Of a stretch of DNA of 64,000 nt, positions 1 through 11,210 are shown one piece after another. A model generated the notes under the pieces. It was not told the origin of the DNA. It saw only the letters and a list, made by a program, of their open reading frames with translations, and ran no database searches. The stretch comes from Marsupella aquatica (Eukaryota; Plantae; Marchantiophyta): the NCBI GenBank assembly GCA_973895155.1, contig OZ316897.1, positions 2,929,416-2,993,415 on the forward strand. The letters are read 5' to 3'. Each line of letters starts with the position of its first letter. Within the stretch, counting starts at the first letter, position 1. Both the position numbers and the translations under genes were made by a program.

Positions 1-243
1 AGTGACAAATATTGGGGCTACTCGCCTAGGGTTGAAGTTAACTAAGGATGAGCCGGTAGAAGTGGAACTCCGGTTAAGCGTTTCCATTACAAAGCAAACA
101 AAAACAGGATGATAAGTTTTTCTTGAGGGAAACGCTCAAAAAAACTTTCCCGTCCCGAATTGATTTTCGACAAGCTGGGCAGTCGAAAGGCAAAATGTGC
201 GGGCAGACATTGAACGTAGCTCAGTCACTTGCACTCACTGGCC

Positions 244-1803
244 ATGCAGTCAGTGGAAAACATGGCAGAGAAGCAGCTCCGATCGCGATCAATACCCCTT
301 GGTGAATCAAGAATGGAGGGCGCGGAGAAGGGAGGATCTGGCGCTGTAGGAAAGAAGGATTTAGTTTCTGCTATTTGCTTGCGCAAGAAAGCCAGAGCAG
401 TTCGACCTTCATGCTACTCGAGCCCAGCAATAGGGGCGAACACCCCTGTACTAGTCCTTCAAAAGATTGATGGCCGAGAAAGATTAAGGGAAGACCAGGC
501 ATTAGAGAAGCTCATAGAGAAGGGGTCTGCATCGCGGAAGGAAGACCATCGGAATGGTACAACTTCATTTCAGCTATTTGATTATCATTCTATTCAGGGT
601 GTACGTGCTCTACGCATTTCTTCTATTAATTTAAGTTATTTGATTCTCTAAGTGGTCACGCTATGCTCTGCGCATTTCTATCAAGAACCACTTCTAGGAT
701 TTGTTCATTTGATTGTTAATTATGCATCTAATAGAGATTGGTGTGCAGTGAGATCTTGTCGTGTCATTCTTGATTGGCTACTGTGTATGTTCAGTGGATT
801 TTTGGAATGAGAAACTGAAGATTTTCGAGAAGCAATCAATCGAAGATAGGGATTCTGCAGCAGATTTCTCTCCAATAGCCCGACCAGAATCGTTGAAGGC
901 AGGGGCTGGGAATATAATTTACGAGAGCCCTGAGCAGGTTATGTTGAGCTCTGACAGTAGTAGCAATAGTGGGAATACAAAGCAGTCTAGCTCGATGGAT
1001 TCCAGTTCTGACTCCGATAGCTCTAGTAATGCTAATGTTGAGGAGGTGCAGCGTAAAGGCCACAAGAAGCGACATCACAAGCACCATGATGATGGGAAGC
1101 AAAAGTCAAAGAAGAAAGTGAAGGGGAGACGAGTGGTGGATAATAATCACATAGGGACTCTAGTGCAAGCGTATTGGGACCATTTTCAGAAATTCAGCCA
1201 GGGCAGAAAGCAGAAAACAAAGCAGCTCGTTCCAAAGAAAGTATGGGGCCCAACGTTTATTTGGATTACAGGAAGGAGTTTCCTAATTCACCATTTGAAG
1301 AGGAGACCCTAAAGGAGCACCTGAGAGACAGCGTTATAGATATGAAGTCTGGGGTGAATAATCCTGAGGGAGGCGTAGGAGCTACATTACAGGACACCAC
1401 ACTTATGAAAAAGCTCATGGAAACGCCATCATGGAAGGCTCGAAGTATTCTGAAAATCAGGGAAGATGCAATGCATGGTAACAGCCAAGTCACCAATCAA
1501 GAAGGATCAGGATCTGTTGCTCCACCTCGGCCCCTTGTAGCAACAGCCAGCAATGATCCAGCCCTGCCCAAGCCCCTCACCAAGAAGGACAGTCTCAAAC
1601 ATGCCGGCGAAAGTATTGTTGAGATGTTGACTGAGTTCAAGAGCATGAAGTCGGACAGACAACAGGTGGTCGATTCTAGATCAGTTGAATCAGAGGCCAG
1701 GAGCATTATGGCCAAAGTTGTGTTTTTGGAGAAGCAGAGGACATTGGATTTGATCACAGAAGCAGAGTTTAAACTAAAGTGCAAGGAAGCTTTCGGAATA
1801 TAG
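244..1803 (+). pseudogene. Harbinger accessory ORF: Myb/SANT(trihelix)-like DNA-binding protein with a SHOCT-like C-terminus; 2 exons (244/262-556, 795-1803), one frameshift near 1245-1250
   Basis: A phase-1 GT-AG intron (557-794) joins ORF 229-651 to ORF 761-1312 in frame (...DHRN-V-DFWNEK). A shift at gtatggggcccaac joins ORF 1174-1803, giving LVQAYWDHFQKF...KKVW/NVYLDYRKEFPNSPFEEETLKEHLRD. It has a Ser-rich tract, a basic NLS-like tract (RKGHKKRHHK...KSKKKVKGRR) and the C-terminus LEKQRTLDLITEAEFKLKCKEAF. Confidence 0.6.
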
Positions 1804-2251
1804 AATCCACTTAGAGATGTATGGGCAGTAGGCAACATTTTGTTTCAGTTGAGACCCCATGCTGATGAAAATACTGCGTCAATCGTGTCGTGCGGCAAAT
1901 ATGCTCTAAGCAGATAGATGGTTTCAATGTACATGATTTTCATGAACAAGATTGTGTCCAAGATGTTATTTCCCGTTCGGATCCTTTGAACTGTTTATTT
2001 GGTGTAGCTTTCATGCACTATCGGTATATTAATGACTCAAGTTACAGCACTTCTAAAAGAGTTGTGTACTGGATCAAATTGAGACACAACTACCCCAACA
2101 TTAAACAGCTAACACAATGATCGATTGAGTCTAAGCTTGTCAAGCGCCCGAAAACCAGTTGATTCAAAATTGCAGCCTCAGTAGCCTAGCAGATTCTTCA
2201 GTATCGGGCAGTTGCAACTTAGACTGCAACTCTGCTGAGGCTATAATTCTA

Positions 2252-3467
2252 TCAATTTAAAATTGTAGCCTCAACAGATTCTTTGGTATCGGGCAGCTTT
2301 GACAAATTAGCTTGACATGCGAGTGCAATGGCTTCATCGTTCACAAGATTATAGTGCACATAAAGTGGTCGATTCATCAAATGTGGTTCACGAGGCTGAA
2401 TTAAGTACGAATAGGTGTTGCCAGGGTTGTTGGCTCCTACAACAAAACACCCACGTACCCCCACCTTCGAGGTCATTGAGATCCCATCTCACCACGTCTA
2501 GATCATCTGCATATGAATTCGAACTATCTCTGCCCAATACTTGAAAGACTCCTATGAGCATAAAATAACACAACGTAGAGCTCAATAGCTGTATTAGAGC
2601 AAACAACAGCACATAGAGATGAAGGGAAAAAGTTGAGAAACCCTCTTTTTCATAATCAGGTTTGTCTGTGTCCGACCGACCCGAAATTTCACTTTTGAAG
2701 AGAGACCTTTATTACTCTATCTGGAAAGCAGCATCCTATGATGTAAGTAGAGCACCACCACGCGGCATGCATGGAGCCCAACAAACAGTCCCCAATGCTG
2801 TGGTTGTGGCAATAGCTAGCTTCCCTTAATTTTCCTTCACCCACTGCACTGTCCATGTCAGGGTCCAAACCCGTGTTGTTTGCACAGTGTTTTCAGGACT
2901 TAGTGTACTGAGTTGACCACAACGCTTGTGGAGAACATGCCAACACGGTGATAGCTGGAAGATTATGAGAGAAATACAAAGGAAGAGACAAAAAATCACT
3001 ACCCTCACAGGATTTGTTAGGGTACTGCTAATCTACAGGAGTTGTTACGAAATGTGTAACTGTTGACATCGAGAAATGCATATGTCTAGGTAGTCAAATG
3101 TCTATTTACCAAACAAATTTAGGGTCTAGAAAACTTACAGTAACTAGAATGACGAAACAATTTAGAGAGACGCATGCATAAAGTAGCAATAGCCTAAAAT
3201 AACTGTTAGTTTATGTTGAAGATAATTTGAGTCTAGTTCATACTTTTCCCCTCAACTACCAATAGAATTGGCAAGCTCGTAACTTAGCCATCCAAAAAAC
3301 CGGGCCGCACGGAAATAGAGGAGAAAGGTTCCAGATTGCATTGAGATGATAACGCTTTTCAAATATTCTTGTGGCATGTGAGTATCCTGTCCAGGACTAT
3401 ATAGTGCGTTGTGCATGACTTCTAAAATATTCTTGTTGCAGCATGGTATCTCACGATGACAATTCAT
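2252..3467 (-). pseudogene. Unidentified 3-exon ORF inside the Harbinger element (exons 3467-3260, 2954-2707, 2551-2252)
   Basis: GT-AG junctions (phase 1, then phase 0) link ORF 3252-3638 to ORF 2252-2476 with no frameshift. Three in-frame stops in about 250 codons. Clear pyrimidine-rich acceptors (ctctcataatcttccag, tttatgctcatag). The donor at 2706 is weak. Confidence 0.5.
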
Positions 3468-3794
3468 TTCATGCAATAAAATATGTTTCAAGAAAAAATG
3501 AAAAGTAAATAGTGTTCTAGGTTCCAAGTAGGCCCAAGATAGATGGAAAGTTTCAGAGTATGACAACACTGCACGAAAGCAACAAAGAACACACAACCCA
3601 ATGCAGAAATTCACCAAGAGAAAAGGAAAGAGAAACATTTATTGAAAAGTAGAATTGGACAGGGATACCTTTACCAGGATCCACGTACTGTCACTTTATG
3701 CAGTTCGATCGACTGCCCCCAATTTTAAACTATTAACTCAAAAAGCACACTGAACTTTAACATTGTATGTCTCATCCTAAGACTACATTCGCAT

Positions 3795-5655
3795 CAATAG
3801 TCTCCTGCCCACCCCCAATCTCCCCTGACTCGTGGCCCTGCAAATCTCCACATGCATGTCTCTCCTTCTCCTGTGGAGAAAATTGGTGAGAAGAGCAGCC
3901 GCCTTGAAAGTTATGTTGAACTTTGGCTTAACTAGGTCAAATCGTTTCATTAGCCTCCGCCACTTCTACTTCATCCCACCAATACCCCACTCCACCTACA
4001 CCCTGTATCCAGCATGCATTTTGTTGAAAACTTTCACCAGGCTTTGATCTAAACCCATAGCCCTGATTTCAACCTTGCTGAAACTTCTCATTATGAACTT
4101 CTCCATGCTGGTGTACCCCTGATCACCTAAGACAAATTCTGAGTACCCTGGCTGGTTGGCAAACAAATGTAGCCAATTTTGCTCCACCCAAGAGTCCTTC
4201 AAAATAGTAACATCATGAAAACTCCCAGGATATCCTGGGTCTACGTCCCTGGGCCCCTAGCCTTTGTAAACTAAAGAGGTATACGTGCGTACACCCCCCT
4301 CCTTAGTACCCCTTATTATTTTTGGAAGCCTATAAAAATTTCTCTTGTTATTCTTAAAAACTTAATTTTGGAGAATAAATCTGCCCCTTTGAGATATTAT
4401 AATTTCACATTTTACACCATTTATGAAAGCCTTGAAAAGTTATAAATTCATCATTTGCACACGGTTCTAAAACTGACGGGAGTGTTTTGGAAGGGTTTTG
4501 GGTACATACATTTTTGTGTTCGTGACCCTTTAACCCCAAACTTCAACTTTGGGGCATTTTTGAACCACACGGCAGGGTAGTCAGGGTTCAAAAGCTCCAA
4601 AGTCCTAAACTACTCTGAATCATAGATATTGCAAGCATAATTATATGTCATATACACATGTTCCAATAAAGGGTGGCCACAAGGACCAATCCTATTGTGA
4701 CGCGTGTCACATCCATATTACATCACCTCTTGAAGCATATTAACTTGGGCAACATTTATATAAGCCTATATTAGTTAGAAAGGGTTCTTTGAATAAAACC
4801 ATCCCTTGATATTTCTAAGCCAATTATAAAAATTAATCTCAAATCAGATTTTTTGCACCCTTCATCCGTTCGCACGTCCAACCCATTATTAATAATGCTG
4901 GGGGCCCAGGGGTCTACGTATATGAACAAACCATTATGGTCTACCAAGACTGTAGAATTCAAGCAATACATTTTTTTTCGACCTTGAAACCATTTGCTGT
5001 GGTTTGCATTCTCAAAAGGCCTCCGAATCTTGCAAAGAGTTCCATCCACAAAACCAATACACCCTAGCAAATTTGTAATGACCTGGCCTAGCTCTATTCT
5101 CTCCTCAACAGTAGGCCAGCGGATCTCATTCGCTATGGCTTCATTGACACAAGATGCAACATAAATTGCATCATCACACACAGAAGATTTTGCCCAATTC
5201 CAATGTGCAGCATCCAGGTAAATTGTGTTGTCATGTTTCATGTACAAAATGAAACTGAACAATCTTTGCTCAGGTGAAGCTTTGCAAGGCCTACCCTTAA
5301 GCTTATGGCCTTGGCCTGTCCATCTTGCATTTGACTCAATAGTCGGACAAACCAATGTACAGAGCTCATGAAATTCTTTGAGAGTGAAATTGCTTAAGTC
5401 CTTGAATAGTTGTGGCGTTGCTGCATACTTGGACAAGAGGTCGTCAATTGGCCTTGCAGGATTCACTGTCACCTGACTTTCAATCGAAAGCTCTATTGGT
5501 TGAAAACAATCGAGGAGTATCAAGTACGCCTGCATTGCCATTGTCATGAACATGAATAACTGCAAGTCGAACTCTTCAAGCTCACCATCGGTTTCGTCGT
5601 CTATAGGTGGCAGACCCGTCTGGAATTCAGGAAATAAATTGGGGAATAAATCCAT
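3795..5655 (-). pseudogene. PIF/Harbinger transposase (DDE_Tnp_4-like), interrupted by the insertion at 4247-4911 and by two TAG stops
   Basis: Motifs IRWPT, CIGFVDGT, KKMYCLNSTVLVDHNGLFIYVDP|GYPGSFHD, LGDQGY, FNKMHAGYRV*VEWGIGGMK*KWR, AALLTNFLH. Removing the insertion plus one TSD copy restores the frame exactly. Stops at 3996-3998 and 3966-3968. Confidence 0.92.
4247..4911. mobile_element. Non-autonomous TIR element (665 bp) with an 8-bp TSD (hAT-like; TSD can be read as 8-10 bp)
   Basis: TIRs ccctgggcccctagc (4247-4261) and gctgggggcccaggg (4897-4911) match at 14/15. TSD gtctacgt at 4239-4246 and 4912-4919. No internal coding capacity. Confidence 0.93.
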
Positions 5656-7249
5656 GATCCTCCACCGTCTGTCTCCTAATCAGCGAGCAAGCTCTGGAGC
5701 AGATTGATGCAGAGGAAGGCAAGGCATGGATCATTAACGAGCTCCAAAGATCAAGAATTCAAGAAACGATCCCGAGCCAAAGAGATTCACTCTTTCATAT
5801 GTAACGGCAATTGATGTCGTATTCATGCTCAGTGGCCCTTCTGCGAGTTTCAAAGTTGATCACGAGACAACAAAAGTTACACATGATAATTCAGTTGGAA
5901 AGAAAAGTCTAGACAACTCAGACAACAGCTAGCTGATACAACCCACATTGAATCAAACTACAAAGTCAAGAGAAAACTACACAAAACCTATCAGTACTCA
6001 TCACAGACCAGAAATATCTTCCAAATAATTACCTACTTCTCCGCCCGATCAGGACCACCGTCATCAGTCCACTGGGAAGCGCTAAACGCACAATTTCATT
6101 GTCATCATCATGATCAGGACCATTGTCATCAGTCCCCTGGGAAGCGCACTATCTCACAAGAAATAGCAGCTTCTGTTACTGATCCAACATCCATAGCACA
6201 CTAGCAAACGCGACTCCTGTTCAGTCAAGACCAATTGTGTTCTGCAAGTCTTGAACGCAAGACCGGTTGTGCTTTGCAAGTCTTTAACGGCAGACCGTGG
6301 CCCTAACTCGTCTGCTTTTGGTGTTAACTCAAGCTCCTAAAGAAATTGTAATTAGTTTCCAATTATCAGAACATTTCGATGACTCATACCCGGTTACCAC
6401 AATTTGTCGGTAAAACTTGGGTTGCACTTTACAAATATCTTTATTGAATCGTCATTAAATTGATGCTATTAAACTACATCGTCTGCTTACAAAAATAGAA
6501 CTGGCGGGAATCAATTCCAACCTAAAGATGTCTTTTGGTCACCTAGATTGGACAAAATCCATACCTCTCCATACTATCCCTTTTATTTCTTTTCTTGCCC
6601 ATACTTTTCTCCCACTCTGTCTTTTGTGTGTGACTCTTTTGTTCCTGTATTCCCAGTTGTTTTCTCCTGTTTTATAAATTTTGGTGAAAGTACTTCAATC
6701 CTTTAATTCCTTTTCTATGCTTTGCTTTCTCCTTTGTCTTTTTTGTCTGTTTTTCCCTCTTGTTCAAAACTAATTATTAATTAGTCACCTTTCTTGGTAT
6801 TATTCATTGACCATTCCCAAACGATAGGTCAAAGAGCAATTTTTTTAGTATACATTTTCATCAATTTATTGCTTTGTGTGTGTGTGTGGGGGGGGGGGCA
6901 TATTTTATAAAAACAAAGTGTGTAGATTAAAGTGTTTTTCATTGTTTAATGATGAAAATTTTGAGCTATATCAAAATTGGATGGAATTCCATTCTAAACC
7001 ATATATTCCCATATTGTGGCAGGGGGACCCTCTAAATTTTTTCTAAAATAGATTTTGTCCTTCCTTGGTTGGGCCACGCCATCATTAAACACTTTTGTGC
7101 GACAACTTCTTCTCCACAACATCTTTTATCATGCAATAAGATCTGATGTGCGACACACGCATGCCAAACACAACTGGGAACACAACCACCATGACTGTAT
7201 GGCAAGGATGAGACATAATATGCATTCCTCAACAACTACCCGTTAGCTT

Positions 7250-7475
7250 ACATTCTATTGCCTTGCCTTGACATATTTTCTCATTAAATTAATATATATT
7301 TCTCTCCTCAACATTTTTTTCTCACCTTGACATTTGTTCTTCATCTGAAAATATTTTCTCTCCTTCACAACATTTTCTTTTCTTGACATCTTTTCCTCAC
7401 CTCACCCCTCATTTTCACATTGAGATCTTATTCCCACCTTGACATCTTTTGTGCAACGCGCAGGCATGGGACTAG
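7250..7475 (+). mobile_element. Helitron family A, 3' end (5' boundary not found)
   Basis: Degenerate ~19-nt repeats (caccttgacatctttt) end in gtgcaacgcgcaggcatgggaCTAG|T. The same end occurs at 48361 and 61814. Confidence 0.7.
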
Positions 7476-7750
7476 TCTTCCTAATAATTCATGACGGAAA
7501 GCTAATTTTGAAAGCATATTGTGGTCTAGAGTGAAGCATCTAAAGAATAACCTCTACAAGGTGAAGTCCAAAACAAAGCACATAGAGGGGCAAATTATGA
7601 AACAGAACTCTATCTAGATAAAAGTAGTTATAACGCTGCCAAAAGGACAGGACATTAAACTAAGGCATAGAATAATTTTACTATAAAAGCGCCAACTGAG
7701 GTCTACTTTTAAGAGCCTAAGTCTAGAGTGAAGCCTCTAGACCGTAACTC
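7476..7750 (+). mobile_element. Two Helitron family B 5' ends in tandem (about 7476 and about 7677)
   Basis: tcttcctaataattc...gaaagctaatttt...gtctagagtgaagc and ttactataaaagc...gtctacttttaag...tctagagtgaagcctctagaccgtaactc align with the 5' ends at 18556 (-) and 34792 (+). The 3' ends were not located. Confidence 0.6.
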
Positions 7751-10700
7751 TATGGCCATCATGTGCATGGGAAAAACTGGTGACATGACTATGATGTATG
7801 TCAACTAGTACATGCAAAAATTTTGTGATAATTTTTAAGTATTTACATTCAAAAAATATGGGCACTATGGCCCCACCACAACATAGTGCATAGAAGATGG
7901 ATGTGCATACAAAAAGACCGATGACTATTAAAATGATGACTATTTTGATAATACTTGTATTTTCCTCTCCGCTATTCACGTTCAAAGAACAGGTAGTCGG
8001 GGCTAGTTGAAAGTGAAGCTGGAGACAGATATCCCAAAACAGAACTCTAGCTAAAGGCATAAGTGGGATAACCGGGGGGATAACTGGAAAGAGAACTCTA
8101 AGTAAAGGCATAATTCAAAGTGAGGGTGGAGACAAAAGGCAGAAAGAGGAGGGATAACCCGAAACAGAATCTAATGGTCTACCTTAAATATCGGGATAGT
8201 AATATTACTAGCATATCCTCCCTTAGAGAGAGGCTAAAAACAAATACCCTTGTTAACTTTGGTGACTTGTCCTTAGAGAGGATTAAAAAATAAAAAATAA
8301 AACCTTAAAAACCAAGCTGGCGTGTGGGTTCCTCTGGAGTTGGACTCATTTAAGATCTCAATGCAAAATGTGCCCAATTGTGTTTGCAAGACTGAAAAGT
8401 CTATTCCTTGCACATCTGGCCAAGTCTTTATTGGACAAGGCCTGACCAGGTTTGACTACGCAGAACTACACTGTATATGAAGTTCCGTCCCTTATATTTA
8501 CTATTCCTTGAGGAATATTCATGCATGTACTGCCCTCACTCGGTCCTACTAATTGAACAAGGCATGAAGTAGATTTGACTCCATTCTATTACACTAGACT
8601 AGATAAAAAAATTGGCCAAGTCGGTTCACTTTTCCTTTCTGTTGGAACAATTATGACTGTGGCAGCCTTCATTGTGTTGGATCTCAAGTAGTTGCCTTAT
8701 TTTCCTCCCGGGGGATACGTAATTCTTGTATAATTTGTATAATAGTCATACATCTATATATGTACTAAAACTTTGGTAAAAAATATATTTCAAATTTGAA
8801 AAACTTGGGTTTTCCATTTTATAGAAAATTCAAGTCAAATAAAAGGTTTGGTTTTCTTCTTTTCCCAGATAAAATTAAAAATGTTCCTAAACATGTTATA
8901 ATTTTTATTAAAATTTTAATAAAAATCCTAAAAAGCTGGCTATATTCCAAACTATATAATTTCATTTCTAACATGTGTTTTTTGCATCAAAACATGTTCA
9001 GTTTTTTATTTTGAATTAATTCTACATTTTTGGATTCCTTGAGTTGAGAGGTACAAGAGTCTATTAGACCAAAATGAAATCTAACATGGTGAACTGGATA
9101 TGAGACCATTACAAAGAATTAAAAACTTGTCTTACAAAAGGAGAGTGCATAACCAGGGCCTCATTGTTGAGGGAGCTAGCTAGGTGCTAGGAAGAGAGTT
9201 TGTACAAGGAGTATTTGTGTGGCCATGGTTGCCAAAACTTTGTAAAGCTCTTGTGTGTTCCCGTGGACATAATACCAGTGGAAGTGAACCATGTATATTT
9301 TGGTGTCGGTGTGTGCATGTTTGTTGGTTGTGCTCATGGTTGGATCGTGCCAATTTCTCCAACAATATGTCCCTTACGTGCAAAGTTTTCAATTCTTGTG
9401 CACTTGTACTTTTCCTGGTCATTATGTGAAATATACTTTTATTTGGCACATGCTGTTTTCCTCCCACTCAATCCTATCAAATATTATGCAATAGTCATTT
9501 ACTATGAAATTACATCATTACAAGACAAAAATTAAACATGTTCCAAAATATTGCAATAGTCATAAATTACACATCACTACAAGGCAAAAATTTCTATCAA
9601 ATATATACAACAGTCCTTTATACATCACTACAAGACAAAAATGAAACACAGCAATAGTAAACAATGAAACATAGCAATGGTAAACAATGAAACATGTTCC
9701 AAGATTTTTCCAAGATGAACATGCACTATATGGGACACTGCCACCTGCTATCAAACAAGTTACGCTACAAATACGTACGTTTTTTCTACTAAACTTGTTT
9801 GTGTCGTATTACGGGAACGTGGAGGGATGCTGTTTGGGTTATTCACACACAAGAATGAGTATATTGGTTTTCGCTCCCGAAAATGTATATTTTGATCAAG
9901 TCTACCGACTGGGCGTGTTCTCTGTTTTTGATCAAGTCCCATTGACTAGCCTACTCATTCTCCTTCTCAATGGCCTTCGATAGGGTACTATCACCACTCT
10001 CACTCACAGGGCCGACCGAACTATGCAAGTATCTTTTAAACAATCATCCCAAGGAAGAACAAAATCTTGAAAAGAAAGAGAGACAACATCACGCAAAAAT
10101 CAGTGAATCAATTAAATTCATATCTCTTGGTGGCCAGCATAACACATTGCATGGGCAACCCAGTCTCTTGCAGTCCACCTAACTCCTGCCTCCTCCATGA
10201 GACAATGCATACCTCTCCACCTCACTACTCCAAAATTATTTTCTATTCTTAAGTAAATAATGCTAATCTCCAAACATATATAAGCTTAACTGAGTTCCCC
10301 CCCTTGCACCTACCGGGGGCTGCCCTTAAATACAGAAAAACACCCCAAAGCACACAAGTCCTACAAGGGTGAGGCAGCCATTGCCCTAGCTGGCCGCTAC
10401 CCCCCTGGCAGCATCACTAACCTCAAAACTTAACTTACATGTGGCACACACATGTGTCACCTAAGGGAACACGTGCCGCATGTAAGTTCACACTGAAACT
10501 TACATCTCTGAAGAACAAAACAGATACACTTGGCCTCCAAGTCCTTGAGCTGTATTTTGGCCTCCTTGTACCCTCTCAATGGTTCCATTCTCGTCCATGA
10601 CTTTCGGATACCCCTCTCAACTCCGGCTTCTAGTTGTCGCATCAATTTATTAAAACTAATAAAAATTAAAATATTAAAATATTTTTGCTACACTTATTTG

Positions 10701-11047
10701 TCTTTCTACTTATATATCTAATTATAACTAATCACTAACTTACTACCAATTTTGGGGCCTTGGGGCCTTGTCATTCTCAGGGTACACTTCAATTTCTATG
10801 TTTACCCCAAATGTGCACATTCACGCGACCGTTTCGCACTATAAACCAAGTACAGTACGGAAGATACCATATAATAAATTACGTGTTGAAGAAAGTGGCA
10901 TTAAGTAAGCTACCATACCACGGAAAATTGTGGAGATAGTGTACTCCAAGCGGAAGAAAGCGATTAAATGCAGTGATGCATAAGGGATCCAATGTCCATT
11001 CTACCAGTTGAAAGGCTGGTGTTGTGTCAAAAATGTTTTCGTAAACG

Positions 11048-11210
11048 TTCATGTGAGCGCCCAGTATTCACAGCTATTGAGGCGAGCATTCAGGCACACT
11101 AGCTCGAGCATCGACTAAATTTAATCAATGCTGATTCATGTGAACGCCCAGTATTCACTGTAATTCAGGCGAGCATTCAGGCACACTCGAGCATCGACTA
11201 AATTAATCAA
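11048..11210. repeat. Direct repeat, two copies, ~87-bp period
   Basis: ttcatgtga(g/a)cgcccagtattcac...aggcgagcattcaggcacact...cgagcatcgactaaatt occurs twice. Confidence 0.85.

Larger units (their letters stand above)
1..6303. mobile_element. PIF/Harbinger DNA transposon, decayed; left end lies outside the window
   Basis: Contains a DDE_Tnp_4-type transposase and a convergent Myb/SANT-like ORF, the standard Harbinger pair. Putative right terminus ...cagaccgtggccc (6291-6303) is followed by TAA. Its last 7 nt (GGGCCAC) match the TTA-flanked MITE at 31370. Subterminal direct repeats at 6047-6147 and 6226-6289. Confidence 0.7.

Noticed and set aside
2388-2800. Chromodomain-like (VVRW...TW) or Ulp1-like (HWGLFV) motifs in alternative frames of ORF3
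   Set aside because: They lie in frames that are inconsistent with the splice phases or contain more stops.
4771-4919. C-terminus of ORF 4771-5655 (WAPSIINNGLD...)
   Set aside because: It is read-through into the inserted TIR element; the real transposase continues at 4246.
9180-9300. hAT dimerisation-domain remnant (WYYVHG...LATMATQIL)
   Set aside because: Resemblance is too weak and the downstream S..ER.FS motif is absent.
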